NCBI GenBank assembly: GCA_016720745.1
Contig: JADKKA010000006.1
Coordinates: 152,516 to 184,515, forward strand
Source of the DNA: Chitinophagaceae bacterium
GTDB taxonomy: Bacteria > Bacteroidota > Bacteroidia > Chitinophagales > Chitinophagaceae
DNA: 32,000 nucleotides
Direction of reading: 5' to 3'
Positions 22,157 to 32,000 of this stretch are shown piece by piece (the stretch's first letter is position 1; every line of letters starts with the position of its first letter). The notes under the pieces were generated by a model. The model was given only the letters and a program-made list of their open reading frames with translations, searched no databases and was not told the DNA's origin. The translations under genes were made by a program, and so were the position numbers.

Positions 22157-25100
22157 ATGAAACTCACGGTTGCTTTGCTGATGTTTGCCTGCCTCCAGGT
22201 TTCCGCCAAAGGATGGGGACAGGAACGCATCACACTTAAAATGAACGAAGCGGAAATCAAGAAAGTACTCTTCGCCATTGAGAAAAAAACCGAGTATCGC
22301 TTTCTCTTTACGGAAGAGTCCGTAAAAGGTAAACCCAAAGTAAATCTTGATGTAAAAGAAGCCACCCTTCCGGAAGTACTGGACAGGATTTTGGCTAATA
22401 CCGGTATTTCTTACAAACTGCTGGGCACAAACCTGGTGGTATTGAAAGAACTCGCCGCACTTGCCGAAGTAAATACAAAAGATATACGCATCACCGGAAA
22501 AATTACTGCTGCCACCGGTGAGCCGCTGGCCGGCGTATCCATCCAGGTCAAGGGATCCAGGGTAGGAACCGTAACGGATGCCAACGGTAATTTCTCCATC
22601 AGTGTTCCTGATGATGCCGTACTGGTGATCAGCTCCGTGGGTTATGAACCCCAGGAAGTTTCTGTAAAAGGAAAGACTTCCATCAGTGTTGCCCTGAAGC
22701 AATCTGAAAAAATTCAGGATGCTGTGGTGGTTATTGGTTATGGTTCTGCTGTGAAAAGAGACCTGACCGGATCCATTACAAAAGTAAAAGGAGATGCCAT
22801 CGCTGCACAGCCCAACAGTAACCCCCTCGCCTCCCTGCAGGCCAAGGTAGCCGGTCTCACCATCGTGAATACCGCCATCCCCGGTTCTGCACCCGATGTG
22901 CGCATAAGGGGTACCGTTAGTATCGGTAGTATCCGTCCGGTTTATATCATCGACGGTATTTTCAGTGATAATATGGATTTTGTTAACCCCAGCGAAATCG
23001 AAAGCGTGGAAGTGCTGAAAGATGCATCCTCCCTCGCCATCTTCGGTATCAAGGGTGCCGCCGGTGCGATCCTGGTAACCACCAAGAAAGCAAAGACCGG
23101 ACAAATCAATATCAATTTCAATACGGCTTATGGTACCAAAAAACTGGTTGACAAAATTCAGCTCGCAAACGGAGATGATTTCAGGAAACTCGCTACTATG
23201 GAAGCCCTGAGCCGGGTGGATGATGATCCAAGTGATTTATCCCTGCTGAATTTTGTAAACAATGTAGGCGGACCGGGTATGAATGCTTATACCGGCAATA
23301 CCGACTGGATCGATGCCGTAACCCGTACTGCCAAATTCAGTACCACCAATGTGAGTCTGGATGGAAGCACTGATAAGAACAAATTCCACATGGGGCTGGG
23401 TTATACTTATGATGAAGGCCTGGTAAAACATGTTCGCTACGACCGGATGACCATGAATATCAGCGATGAATTCAAAGTGAATAAGACTTGGAAACTGGGC
23501 TTTACCATCATTGGTTCCAAAGAAAGATTGCCTTACGGCAGCGGTGCTTTGGAAAATGCCCGCCGGATTGTACCGATCGTTTCGGCTGATCCCAAATCAG
23601 TATACACCAAGAATCCATATGGTGTTGATTCTGCCAACTATAACCTGTATTCTTCTGTTCCTATCATTCAGAATTCAGAGACTAACCCGTTGGCTACCCT
23701 GGAGAATAACTGGGATAAGAAAATCGATGACCGTTACCGCTTCGTGGGTAATGTATTCGTGGATATCAATATCACCAAGGACCTGAATTTCCGTCCGACC
23801 TGGTATGCCGATATGAGCTGGCGCAGTAACAGGGAATACACACCGCTGTATGACCTTTATGATCCATCCATGACTGGTGATCAGGTAGTAAGCAGGAATA
23901 CCCTGACAGCCGTTAGACAGGACCTGATCAATACCCGGGCCTTCCAGCAGGATTATATTGCTACTTACAAGAAAAAATTCAATAACCATTCTTTCACCCT
24001 GATGGGCGGCTTTACTACTTATTTCTATAAGTATGAGCAGGCTTCTTCCACGGTTTCACAGAAAGAAGAAGGAAAGAATATCATTCCAAATAATAAACGC
24101 TTCTGGTATATCAATACCGGTTTCGGAGATATCCAGAGCGTGATACCAGCCGGTCAAAGTGAATACACTACCGTATCAGGTCTTGCCCGTTTGCTCTACA
24201 ACTATAAGAACAAATATTATTTCAACGCCAGCTTCCGCAGAGACGGAGCCAGCCAGATCAGCAAAAACTACAAAGACAAATTCCAGAGCTTCTGGGCCGT
24301 TGGTGCTGCCTGGGAAATCACCCGTGAGAAATTCATGGAGAATATGGAAGTGTTCAATTACCTGAAATTAAAAGCATCCACCGGATTGCTCGGTAACTTC
24401 ACTGCCCAGGGCAAGAACTACCCTGCTTACCCCACAATTTCCACTAACTCATCTGCCGTATTTGGTGAAAACCTGGTACCGGTGTATGAGGCAGACTATC
24501 TCTACGATCCCAATCTGCGCTGGGAAACTGTGAATTCTTCTGAAATAGGAATTGAAGCGGAAATGTTCAAAAGCCGTCTGCATTTCGAAATGGCTTATTA
24601 CAGTAAAAAAACACAGGACCTGATCGTGTTGCTCAGACCTTCCGGTATTCTTCCATCCCTGACCAATAACGGATCGATCCAGAACAGTGGTTTTGAATTC
24701 GTGGGCAGCTGGAATCAGAAGATCGGCAATGACATGAGCCTGACCATTGGTGGTAACCTTACCACATTTAAAAACAAAGTGCTGCACCTGGAGTATCCCA
24801 ACAGACCGAATATCTCTTCCAGCGAGCAAACACCTAACCAGGCACAAACCGGTTACCCAATCGGTTATTTCTACGGACTGGTAGCAGATGGATTGTATCA
24901 GTCTTATGCTGATATCCTGGCTTCACCTGTTAACACCATCAATGGTGGTGGTGCCAAGCCCGGCGATATCAAGTACAAAGACCTGGATGGTGATGGCATC
25001 ATCAATGATAACGACAAGCAGATGATTGGAAACCCAACACCTGACTTTACATACGGTATCAATACCACTTTCAAGTACAAAGCATTTGATGTGAATATTG

Positions 25101-25528
25101 ATTTTGCCGGATGTTATGGTAATGAAGTATTCAGGGTATGGGGTACATCAGAGCAAAAGAACTCACTGTACAATTATCCAAAGAATTATACTGAAGGATG
25201 GACAGGAGCGGCTACTTCGAATTTTGTTCCAATCGTGAACCAGAAGCACCTGATCAACCGGGCTCCTTCAACTTACGGTATTGAAGATGGAAGTTATTTC
25301 CGGATCAGGAACCTGAACCTGGGATATACTTTCATGAAACTGCCGAAAGTAACAGGCATCAAAAACCTGAAACTGAGTCTTTCTATCCAGAACCTGAAAA
25401 CCTGGAAGAAGAACCTGGGTTACTCACCTGAATTTGCCGGTGATGCCCTTGGATTTGGTTTGGACTTCGGTAGTGCCGGAAGTGCCCTGCCACGTGTAAT
25501 CACTTTTGGACTGAATGCTAATTTTTAA
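22157..25528 (+). CDS. SusC/RagA-family TonB-dependent outer-membrane transporter with an N-terminal STN signalling domain
   Basis: Signal peptide MKLTVALLMFACLQVSAKG. STN domain (ITLKMNEAEIKKVLFAIEKKTEYRFLF...ISYKLLGTNLVVL), a carboxypeptidase-regulatory-like domain (ITGKITAATGEPLAGVSIQVKG...TDANGNFSI), a plug (VVVIGYGS..KRDLTGS) and a barrel ending in a terminal F. Start chosen at the internal Met; the ORF track begins at 22091. Confidence 0.93.
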   Translation: MKLTVALLMFACLQVSAKGWGQERITLKMNEAEIKKVLFAIEKKTEYRFLFTEESVKGKPKVNLDVKEATLPEVLDRILANTGISYKLLGTNLVVLKELAALAEVNTKDIRITGKITAATGEPLAGVSIQVKGSRVGTVTDANGNFSISVPDDAVLVISSVGYEPQEVSVKGKTSISVALKQSEKIQDAVVVIGYGSAVKRDLTGSITKVKGDAIAAQPNSNPLASLQAKVAGLTIVNTAIPGSAPDVRIRGTVSIGSIRPVYIIDGIFSDNMDFVNPSEIESVEVLKDASSLAIFGIKGAAGAILVTTKKAKTGQININFNTAYGTKKLVDKIQLANGDDFRKLATMEALSRVDDDPSDLSLLNFVNNVGGPGMNAYTGNTDWIDAVTRTAKFSTTNVSLDGSTDKNKFHMGLGYTYDEGLVKHVRYDRMTMNISDEFKVNKTWKLGFTIIGSKERLPYGSGALENARRIVPIVSADPKSVYTKNPYGVDSANYNLYSSVPIIQNSETNPLATLENNWDKKIDDRYRFVGNVFVDINITKDLNFRPTWYADMSWRSNREYTPLYDLYDPSMTGDQVVSRNTLTAVRQDLINTRAFQQDYIATYKKKFNNHSFTLMGGFTTYFYKYEQASSTVSQKEEGKNIIPNNKRFWYINTGFGDIQSVIPAGQSEYTTVSGLARLLYNYKNKYYFNASFRRDGASQISKNYKDKFQSFWAVGAAWEITREKFMENMEVFNYLKLKASTGLLGNFTAQGKNYPAYPTISTNSSAVFGENLVPVYEADYLYDPNLRWETVNSSEIGIEAEMFKSRLHFEMAYYSKKTQDLIVLLRPSGILPSLTNNGSIQNSGFEFVGSWNQKIGNDMSLTIGGNLTTFKNKVLHLEYPNRPNISSSEQTPNQAQTGYPIGYFYGLVADGLYQSYADILASPVNTINGGGAKPGDIKYKDLDGDGIINDNDKQMIGNPTPDFTYGINTTFKYKAFDVNIDFAGCYGNEVFRVWGTSEQKNSLYNYPKNYTEGWTGAATSNFVPIVNQKHLINRAPSTYGIEDGSYFRIRNLNLGYTFMKLPKVTGIKNLKLSLSIQNLKTWKKNLGYSPEFAGDALGFGLDFGSAGSALPRVITFGLNANF

Positions 25529-25549
25529 CTGATTAAAACATCCGACAAC

Positions 25550-27100
25550 ATGATAAAGATTGCAAACAATTTCAACAAGCTGCTGATCGGTGCCCTGCTT
25601 GCGGTACCGGTTCTGGGCGGGATGTCTGGTTGTAAAAAATTTCTTGACAGACAACCCCTCTCAGCTACCCAGGACGATCTGAGCCTGGGTGCCCTTGAAG
25701 GGAAAGCACTGGCGCTCTATGGAGCTGTCCGCAATTCAAAAGCGGATCCCTATTGTGGGGATGGATTTCAAAGTATTCCATGGGTTGCCATGAACGGTTT
25801 CCGTTCAGATGATGCCGAGATTGTAGCTGACCCCGGTGCTTCGGCCTGGCGCCAGACCTACGATAATTTCCAGTACACCAAAGATGACTGGGGTGCTGGT
25901 TTGTACTGGGATAAGCACTATATTTTTATTGGCCTTTGTAATGATGTAATGGATGAGGCAGCAAAAGGTGGCTACACCGATCCTGCTTCACTCACCAACA
26001 TTGCTGAAGCTAAATTCTTCAGGGCTTATTCTTATTTTGATCTGGTAAGAACTTTTGGTGATGTCCCCAAGATTGATTTCAAAATCAATACGCCGACTGA
26101 TGGGCACAAAGCAAAATCTCCTGCCGCACAGATCTATGCATTTATCGAGTCAGACCTGACTTATGCGGAGCAATACCTGCCACAGGCATGGGGCGCTACC
26201 TTCTCCGGTCGACTGAATAAAGCAGCAGCAAGAACCTTCCTGGCCAAAGTAAAATTGTACCAGCAGAAATGGGCTGAAGCACTCACACATTGCAAACAGG
26301 TAATGGCCAGCCGTCAGGGTGGTGCAGCCGCTCCATTGTATACACCGTACTGGAAAATTTTCAAAAAAGAAGGTGAACTCTGCGAGGAGTCCATTTTTGA
26401 AATCCAGGCACATAAAGAAGCCGGTGATGGCGACCGTTACTGGAGCCGCCTCGGTCAGTGCCAGGGTGTTCGCGGTGCTTCCGGAAGCCCATGGGATCTG
26501 GGATGGGGATGGAATACACCTACAGCTTCTCTGGAATCCAGCTACGAAGCCAATGATCAGCGGAAAGCAGCGACCATTCTTTATTCCAACCAAAGTGACG
26601 GAGGCAGCAGCACCGGAGGATACGGGCAAACCATACCAAACCTGACCAATGCCCTCTACTGGAATAAAAAAGTGTATAACCTTTTCACTGAATACCAGGC
26701 TGCCGGTTTAGGTACACCTAATAACGAAGCACAGAATACCTGGGTCAATCACCGCGTATTCCGTATGGCGGATATTTACCTGATGGCTGCAGAAGCAGCT
26801 AATGAAGTTGGCGGAGCACAAAACCAGGCCGATGCCGTTACCTGGGTCAACATGGTAAGAACCAGGGCCGGTCTGACCAATATTGCTTTTGTTAGTCAGT
26901 CACAAATGCGTGCTGCCATCAAACAGGAAAGAAGAGCTGAATTTGCAATGGAGTTTGAAAGATTCTTTGACCTGGTCAGATGGGGTGATGCAATCACTGT
27001 GCTGGGGCCAAGCGGATATGCGAATAAACACCGTTATTATCCAATACCCAATTCAGCACTGAACGGAAACCCTAGTCTTGTACAGAATCCCGAATGGTAA
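25550..27100 (+). CDS. SusD/RagB-family nutrient-binding outer-membrane lipoprotein
   Basis: Lipoprotein signal ...LGGMSGC. TPR-like helical SusD motifs (AKFFRAYSYFDLVRTFGDVP, RMADIYLMAAEA, ERRAEFAMEFERFFDLVRWG) and a C-terminal YYPIP..........NPEW. It starts 21 nt after the SusC stop. Confidence 0.92.
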   Translation: MIKIANNFNKLLIGALLAVPVLGGMSGCKKFLDRQPLSATQDDLSLGALEGKALALYGAVRNSKADPYCGDGFQSIPWVAMNGFRSDDAEIVADPGASAWRQTYDNFQYTKDDWGAGLYWDKHYIFIGLCNDVMDEAAKGGYTDPASLTNIAEAKFFRAYSYFDLVRTFGDVPKIDFKINTPTDGHKAKSPAAQIYAFIESDLTYAEQYLPQAWGATFSGRLNKAAARTFLAKVKLYQQKWAEALTHCKQVMASRQGGAAAPLYTPYWKIFKKEGELCEESIFEIQAHKEAGDGDRYWSRLGQCQGVRGASGSPWDLGWGWNTPTASLESSYEANDQRKAATILYSNQSDGGSSTGGYGQTIPNLTNALYWNKKVYNLFTEYQAAGLGTPNNEAQNTWVNHRVFRMADIYLMAAEAANEVGGAQNQADAVTWVNMVRTRAGLTNIAFVSQSQMRAAIKQERRAEFAMEFERFFDLVRWGDAITVLGPSGYANKHRYYPIPNSALNGNPSLVQNPEW

Positions 27101-27130
27101 TTCATAAAATCAACAAAAACGGATTATATC

Positions 27131-28018
27131 ATGAAAATGACATTCAACAAAATCCTGGTGGCCCTGCTTGCCTTTACTGCGATTGCCGGTTGCCAGAAGA
27201 TGAAAAAGCCCGAATTGGGTGATTATCCAAAGGATGCAAATCCTGCCAACGGACCATTAAAATTCTATGCAGCTTTTGATGGTACTACTGCTAATCCATT
27301 GATGAATGCAGTAGACAGTATCCGGGCTACCTTTCCTTCTGATAATCCATTTACCACCATCGACGGCGTAAGGGGTAAAGGAATTACAGGGGTAAATCAG
27401 AAATTCATTAAATACCCTTCTTTCAATGCCTGGGCTTCCAGCAGCAGTATGAGTATTTCTGTTTGGTTTAAGCAAAACGGACAAACAAAGAATAACAATG
27501 GCACCAATGGACCAGCTTATATCCTTTCCATGAGAGCCAAAAAGAAACCCGATAACTCGGATTATCATTGGAGCAATGCGGTTGGCTTCCTCTTCCTGGA
27601 AGGAAATAATACCGCCTGCGCTATAAAAAGCATGTTTGTGAGTCCTTCTAACCCAAGCGATCCCAACAGTGGTGCCGCTGATTCCTGGTTTACCTGGGAA
27701 GGTGGTCAGATGATTGCCGGATTATGTGATAATAACTGGCACCACCTGGTGATGACCTATGACGAAACCAACAGTACCGTTAAATTGTATATCGATGGCG
27801 TTCAGAATCCCAATGTAAAAACATGGGGCGGACATGGTGCATTGCGCCTGTCAACCACCTGGGTTTCTGAATTCCGTATTGGTGCCGGTCCTTCTACCAG
27901 CTATGCTTCCGACGATTGGCTGGCTTGTACTTTCAAAGGTGGTTTGGATCAGCTGAGACTGTACAGCAAAGTGTTGTCACAGACAGAAGTGTCTGCGCTC
28001 TTTGCCGGTAAACAATAA
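27131..28018 (+). CDS. LamG / concanavalin-A-like lectin domain lipoprotein (candidate surface glycan-binding protein)
   Basis: Lipoprotein signal LLAFTAIAGC. LamG-type jelly-roll motifs: SISVWFK, WHHLVMTYDETNSTVKLYIDG, EFRIGAG and GGLDQLRLYSKVLSQTEVSALF. Confidence 0.75.
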   Translation: MKMTFNKILVALLAFTAIAGCQKMKKPELGDYPKDANPANGPLKFYAAFDGTTANPLMNAVDSIRATFPSDNPFTTIDGVRGKGITGVNQKFIKYPSFNAWASSSSMSISVWFKQNGQTKNNNGTNGPAYILSMRAKKKPDNSDYHWSNAVGFLFLEGNNTACAIKSMFVSPSNPSDPNSGAADSWFTWEGGQMIAGLCDNNWHHLVMTYDETNSTVKLYIDGVQNPNVKTWGGHGALRLSTTWVSEFRIGAGPSTSYASDDWLACTFKGGLDQLRLYSKVLSQTEVSALFAGKQ

Positions 28019-28055
28019 CAATGTAGTCGTTTGTTTTAAGCAGCATAAGCAACAA

Positions 28056-28085
28056 AGGGCTGAACGTCTTGTTTCAGCCCTTTTC
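28056..28085 (+). terminator. Hairpin plus T-run after the LamG gene
   Basis: AGGGCTGAA (28056-28064) pairs with TTCAGCCCT (28073-28081), followed by TTTTCATCTTTTTT. It lies 24 nt before the next start codon. Confidence 0.6.
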
Positions 28086-28108
28086 ATCTTTTTTAAAAGG
28101 CTGTTCCA

Positions 28109-31100
28109 ATGAAGTGGTTTAACAGTAAATGGCCTCTTTTTATTTTGTCTGCCGGTTTCCTCCTGCTTCAATCCGGCTGCCAAGGCAGGAAAACACCTGC
28201 CCTTTTTGAACAGCTTTCCTCCTCAACTACAAATATCAAATTTGAGAATACATTGCCCGAAAGGGAGATGCTGAATATTCTCTACTACCTCTATTTTTAT
28301 AACGGTGGCGGGGTATCTACCGGTGATATCAATAATGATGGCCTCGTAGATATTTATTTTACCGCCAACAGCAAAGGGAATAACAAGCTCTACCTGAATA
28401 AAGGAGATTTCAAATTTGAAGATATCACTGCAAGTGCCGGAGTAGCCGGTACGGCCGACTGGTGTTCAGGTGTTACCATGGCCGATGTAAATGCGGATGG
28501 CTACCTGGATATTTATGTCGCGGCCAGTAGCGGTCATCATGGACTAACAGGCCGGCACCAGCTTTTTATTAATAATAAGAATAACAGTTTTACGGAAAAG
28601 GCGGTGGAGTACGGACTGGATTTTTCCGGCTTCGGTACACAGGCTGCTTTTTTTGATTATGACCGGGATGGTGATCTGGATTGCTACCTGCTGAATCATT
28701 CCCAAAAGCCCAATTCCAATATTCAGGATACTATATTCAGACATACACCGGATTCATTGTCCGGCGACCGTCTCTATCGCAATGATATAGCAGTAACAGG
28801 GAAGTTTACGAACGTGTCGGCTGCAGCAGGGATCTATCAAAGCAGCCTGGGTTATGGACTGGGCATTGCAATCGCCGATTTTAATCAGGATGGCTGGGAC
28901 GATATTTATATCGGCAATGATTTTCATGAGAATGATTATTACTACCTCAACCAGGGTAATGGCCGCTTCAAAGAATCCGGAGCTGACCATTTCCGGCATT
29001 ACAGCCGTTTCAGCATGGGAAATGATGCCAACGATTTTAATAACGACGGACAAACAGATCTCATCACCGTGGATATGCTGCCCCCCGACGAAAAAGTATT
29101 GAAGACCTACGGCAGTGATGAGAACCCGGATACTTACAAATTCAAACTGATGGGTCACGGGTACCAGGATCAGTATTCCAAAAACTGCCTGCAACAGAAT
29201 AATGGATTGGGAGAAAGCTATAGCGAAACAGGATTGCAAAGCGGTATTGCCGCTACCGATTGGAGCTGGGCACCGCTATTTGCAGATTTTGATAATGATG
29301 GAAATAAAGATCTTTTTATTTCCAGTGGGATTGTAAAAAGACCGGTTGATCTGGACTATATCCGTTTTGTTTCTGATCTGGTATTGAAAAATGATGTAGG
29401 TACTTCCACCAAATATGACAAAGTAGCGATTGAAAAAATGCCCGATGGTGCCTCCCATCCCTATTTTTTCAGGGGAGATGGAAAAGGCCAGTTCACCGAT
29501 ATGAGCCAAAACTGGGGCACCGGCTCCATGAAAGGATTTTTCAACGGGGCTTCCTATGCGGACCTCGATAACGACGGGAACCTGGATATGGTGATCAATA
29601 ACCTGAATGCACCTGCTACTATCTTAAAAAATAAAGCGCCAAAGAAATACACGGTGGATATTTCGTTTATCGGCAATACCGCTAATACCTATGGTATTGG
29701 TGCAAAAGCCTGGCTTTTTTCCGGTTCCACCATGCAATACCAGCAGCTAAGTTCCAGCCGGGGATTTCAGTCTTCCTGCGATCCCAAACTGCATTTCGGT
29801 GTTGACAGCATCAGGTACATTGACAGCATCCTGATCGTTTGGCCCGATCAGAAATTCCAGCGAATCAGGAATGTGCCAGCCAAAGGACTGATCCAGGTGA
29901 AACAAACGGATGCTGGTGGTGTATTTGATTACCCCAGCTTCTTTCCGCCAAAGCCACCCGTGCTGGAAGAAATCAGCAGCCAGGTTCGTTTAAACTGGAA
30001 GCACCAGGAGAATGAATTCCTGGATTATAATAATCAATACCTGATTCCTCACCAGCAATCGACCCGCGGACCCAAAATAGCAGTGGCCGATGTGAATGGT
30101 GACGGTTTAGATGATTTTTACCTCTGTGCTGCTGCAGGACAGAGCGGACAACTCATGATTCAAAACAGCAGCGGCGGATTTCAAACAGATAGCATTCCTT
30201 TTAATAAGGCAAGAGCCAGTGAAGAAGTGGATGCCATTTTTATTGATGCGAACAAAGACGGATTCCCCGATCTCTATGTAGCCAGTGGTGGTAATGAGTG
30301 GGCCAATGGTGATAGTCTGCTATCTGATCACTTCTATCTCAATAACGGGAAGGGTAAATTCACCGTACATAATGAACTGATACCGCTCCTGCTTAAAAAT
30401 AAATCCTGTATCAGCACAGCTGATATTGATAAAGACGGTGATGCCGATCTTTTTGTAGGCGTACTGGCAGATGCCACACAATACGGAAGCCCCCAAAGTT
30501 CCTATCTGTTGCTGAATGAGGGTAGTGGTAGTTTTAAATTAGCACCCTCCGGTATCTGGAGGCCGGATAGCCTTGGTATCGTTACCAGTGCCGTATTTAC
30601 AGATATCAATAATGACAGCTGGCCCGACCTCGTACTGGCCGGTGAGTGGATGCCGTTGACTGTCTTCATTAATAATAAAGGCAGTTTTGCCAGTCACCCT
30701 GTGGATGGCAGTACCGGTCTGTGGCAAAGTCTGTATCCCGCCGATGTGAATGGAGATGGATTCGTCGATATCCTGGCCGGGAACTGGGGACATAATAACA
30801 AATTTGTTGCGGGTAAGAACGGGCCGCTGAAGTTATATGTGAAGGACTTTGATAAAAACGGTTCTACAGAACAGGTCATGGCTTATACCATTGATGGAAA
30901 GGAGTATACCTTCCTGGCCAAGGATGAACTGGAACGTTCTTTGCCGGTATTAAAGAAAGCCTACCTGAATTATAGTGATGTGGCAGGAAAGACCGTGAGT
31001 TATATGTTTTATGATCTGTTCAATAATTATCGTGAACTCAAAGCAGAGCAGCTGGGGTCCTCCTGTTTTATCAATGACGGAAAGGGAAATTTTGTGCGTA

Positions 31101-31408
31101 CCAGTCTTCCTGCTCAACTGCAAATGGCACCTTTGATGAGTTTTGCATCAATGCCGGGGAACAACCTGCAATTTGTCACCGGTGGAAACTTTTATGGCGT
31201 GGTACCTTATGAAGGAAGATATGATGCCCAGCCAATCAGCATCTTCAGGTATGATGCAAAGGATAAGCATATGCAGTTCCTGCAACCCGTAACTGGGAAT
31301 GATGCAGAAGTAAGGGATTTGAAATGGTACAGAGGCCCTGCTGGTGAATACCGATTACTGGTGGCTGCTAATAATGGCCCCCTGCGATTATATCGACAAA
31401 AGAATTGA
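28109..31408 (+). CDS. FG-GAP/VCBS repeat protein with a central ASPIC/UnbV domain (CRTAC1-like), lipoprotein
   Basis: Signal LLLQSGC. There are many FG-GAP/VCBS calcium-binding repeats (DINNDGLVDIY, DVNADGYLDIY, DYDRDGDLDCY, DFNQDGWDDIY, DFDNDGNKDLF, DLDNDGNLDMV, DVNGDGLDDFY, DIDKDGDADLF, DINNDSWPDLV, DVNGDGFVDIL). The central ASPIC/UnbV-like segment is IGAKAWLF..QYQQLSSSRGFQSSCDPKLHFGVD....ILIVWPDQKFQ. Confidence 0.88.
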   Translation: MKWFNSKWPLFILSAGFLLLQSGCQGRKTPALFEQLSSSTTNIKFENTLPEREMLNILYYLYFYNGGGVSTGDINNDGLVDIYFTANSKGNNKLYLNKGDFKFEDITASAGVAGTADWCSGVTMADVNADGYLDIYVAASSGHHGLTGRHQLFINNKNNSFTEKAVEYGLDFSGFGTQAAFFDYDRDGDLDCYLLNHSQKPNSNIQDTIFRHTPDSLSGDRLYRNDIAVTGKFTNVSAAAGIYQSSLGYGLGIAIADFNQDGWDDIYIGNDFHENDYYYLNQGNGRFKESGADHFRHYSRFSMGNDANDFNNDGQTDLITVDMLPPDEKVLKTYGSDENPDTYKFKLMGHGYQDQYSKNCLQQNNGLGESYSETGLQSGIAATDWSWAPLFADFDNDGNKDLFISSGIVKRPVDLDYIRFVSDLVLKNDVGTSTKYDKVAIEKMPDGASHPYFFRGDGKGQFTDMSQNWGTGSMKGFFNGASYADLDNDGNLDMVINNLNAPATILKNKAPKKYTVDISFIGNTANTYGIGAKAWLFSGSTMQYQQLSSSRGFQSSCDPKLHFGVDSIRYIDSILIVWPDQKFQRIRNVPAKGLIQVKQTDAGGVFDYPSFFPPKPPVLEEISSQVRLNWKHQENEFLDYNNQYLIPHQQSTRGPKIAVADVNGDGLDDFYLCAAAGQSGQLMIQNSSGGFQTDSIPFNKARASEEVDAIFIDANKDGFPDLYVASGGNEWANGDSLLSDHFYLNNGKGKFTVHNELIPLLLKNKSCISTADIDKDGDADLFVGVLADATQYGSPQSSYLLLNEGSGSFKLAPSGIWRPDSLGIVTSAVFTDINNDSWPDLVLAGEWMPLTVFINNKGSFASHPVDGSTGLWQSLYPADVNGDGFVDILAGNWGHNNKFVAGKNGPLKLYVKDFDKNGSTEQVMAYTIDGKEYTFLAKDELERSLPVLKKAYLNYSDVAGKTVSYMFYDLFNNYRELKAEQLGSSCFINDGKGNFVRTSLPAQLQMAPLMSFASMPGNNLQFVTGGNFYGVVPYEGRYDAQPISIFRYDAKDKHMQFLQPVTGNDAEVRDLKWYRGPAGEYRLLVAANNGPLRLYRQKN

Positions 31409-31421
31409 CAAACTGAATCAA

Positions 31422-32000
31422 TGAATATGAAGAGAATGAATAGTTCGTTTATTTTACTGGCAGCAATATTTACCGTACTCACCGGAGGTGATTGCTCTAA
31501 AAAAGGCAGCCCCGATCCAACGCCTAATCCCAACCCTGTGCCTGCCACCAATGACGTGGAAATGTGGCTGACCAAAGCTGATCAGTCTGCCTTATTACAA
31601 AAACAATCGACAGTCCTCTCATTCGGCACTACACCCAATGTGTTCGCCAACATTGAAGTGGACTCTGCCACCAGCTATCAGTCAGTGGATGGTTTTGGTT
31701 ATACCCTTACCGGTAGCAGTGCTTACCTGATCAACCGGATGGGGACCAATGAAAAAACAGCATTGCTCAACGAAATATTTGGTACTGGCAGCGGATCAAT
31801 TGGGGTGAGTTATATCAGGGTCAGCATCGGCGCTTCCGACCTTAGTCCTTCTGTATTCAGTTATAATGATATGCCTGCCGGACAAACTGATCCCACCCTG
31901 ACCAATTTCAGTTTGTCGCAGGATCTTACTGATCTGGTGCCGGTTTTACAACAGGTACTGACCATCAATCCATCTATTAAAATCATGGGTTCCCCCTGGA
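31422..32000 (+). CDS. Glycoside hydrolase family 30 lipoprotein (glucosylceramidase / beta-1,6-glucanase-like), N-terminal 193 aa; continues past the window end
   Basis: My own translation: MNMKRMNSSFILLAAIFTVLTGGDC (lipobox), then VEMWLTKADQSALLQKQ..IEVDSATSYQSVDGFGYTLTGSSAYLI..IGVSYIRVSIGASD..IKIMGSPW. This pattern is typical of the GH30 N-terminus and the start of its TIM barrel. Confidence 0.8.

Noticed and set aside
22139-23104. A 321-aa minus-strand ORF inside the SusC gene
   Set aside because: It lies antisense to a gene with unmistakable TonB-dependent receptor motifs. Its G/T/D-rich translation is typical of a shadow frame.

Overview
This window looks like a chromosomal segment of a Bacteroidota genome, probably Chitinophagaceae- or Sphingobacteriia-like. 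The signs are a SusC/SusD pair, an ECF sigma / FecR anti-sigma pair, many lipoprotein and Sec signals, no obvious Shine-Dalgarno use, and several Bacteroidota-typical DUF proteins.

Layout:
- 0-17 kb, mostly minus strand: a CPA1 Na+/H+ antiporter, a 4x DUF4476 secreted protein, a W/Y-rich protein with a long P/K/Q/R tail, an overlapping GH130 + GT4-fusion gene pair, a stress cluster (CsbD, YceI, Dps and small unknowns), an HMA-AraC regulator and a Rieske protein.
- hflX at 16.8-18.0 kb, flanked downstream by two short-period tandem repeat arrays.
- 18.0-19.1 kb: a gene-free gap holding a ~720-bp imperfect palindrome made of two inverted copies of a multi-hairpin module. This is the most unusual thing in the window and I could not match it to any known RNA or mobile element by eye.
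- An outer-membrane beta-barrel gene and a tRNA(CAT).
- 20.1-32.0 kb, plus strand: a trans-envelope-signalling polysaccharide utilisation locus (PUL). It runs ECF sigma, FecR, STN-SusC, SusD, LamG lipoprotein, a 1099-aa FG-GAP/ASPIC protein and a partial GH30 lipoprotein.

All protein family calls rest on motifs recognised by eye in the supplied translations. No database search was possible.
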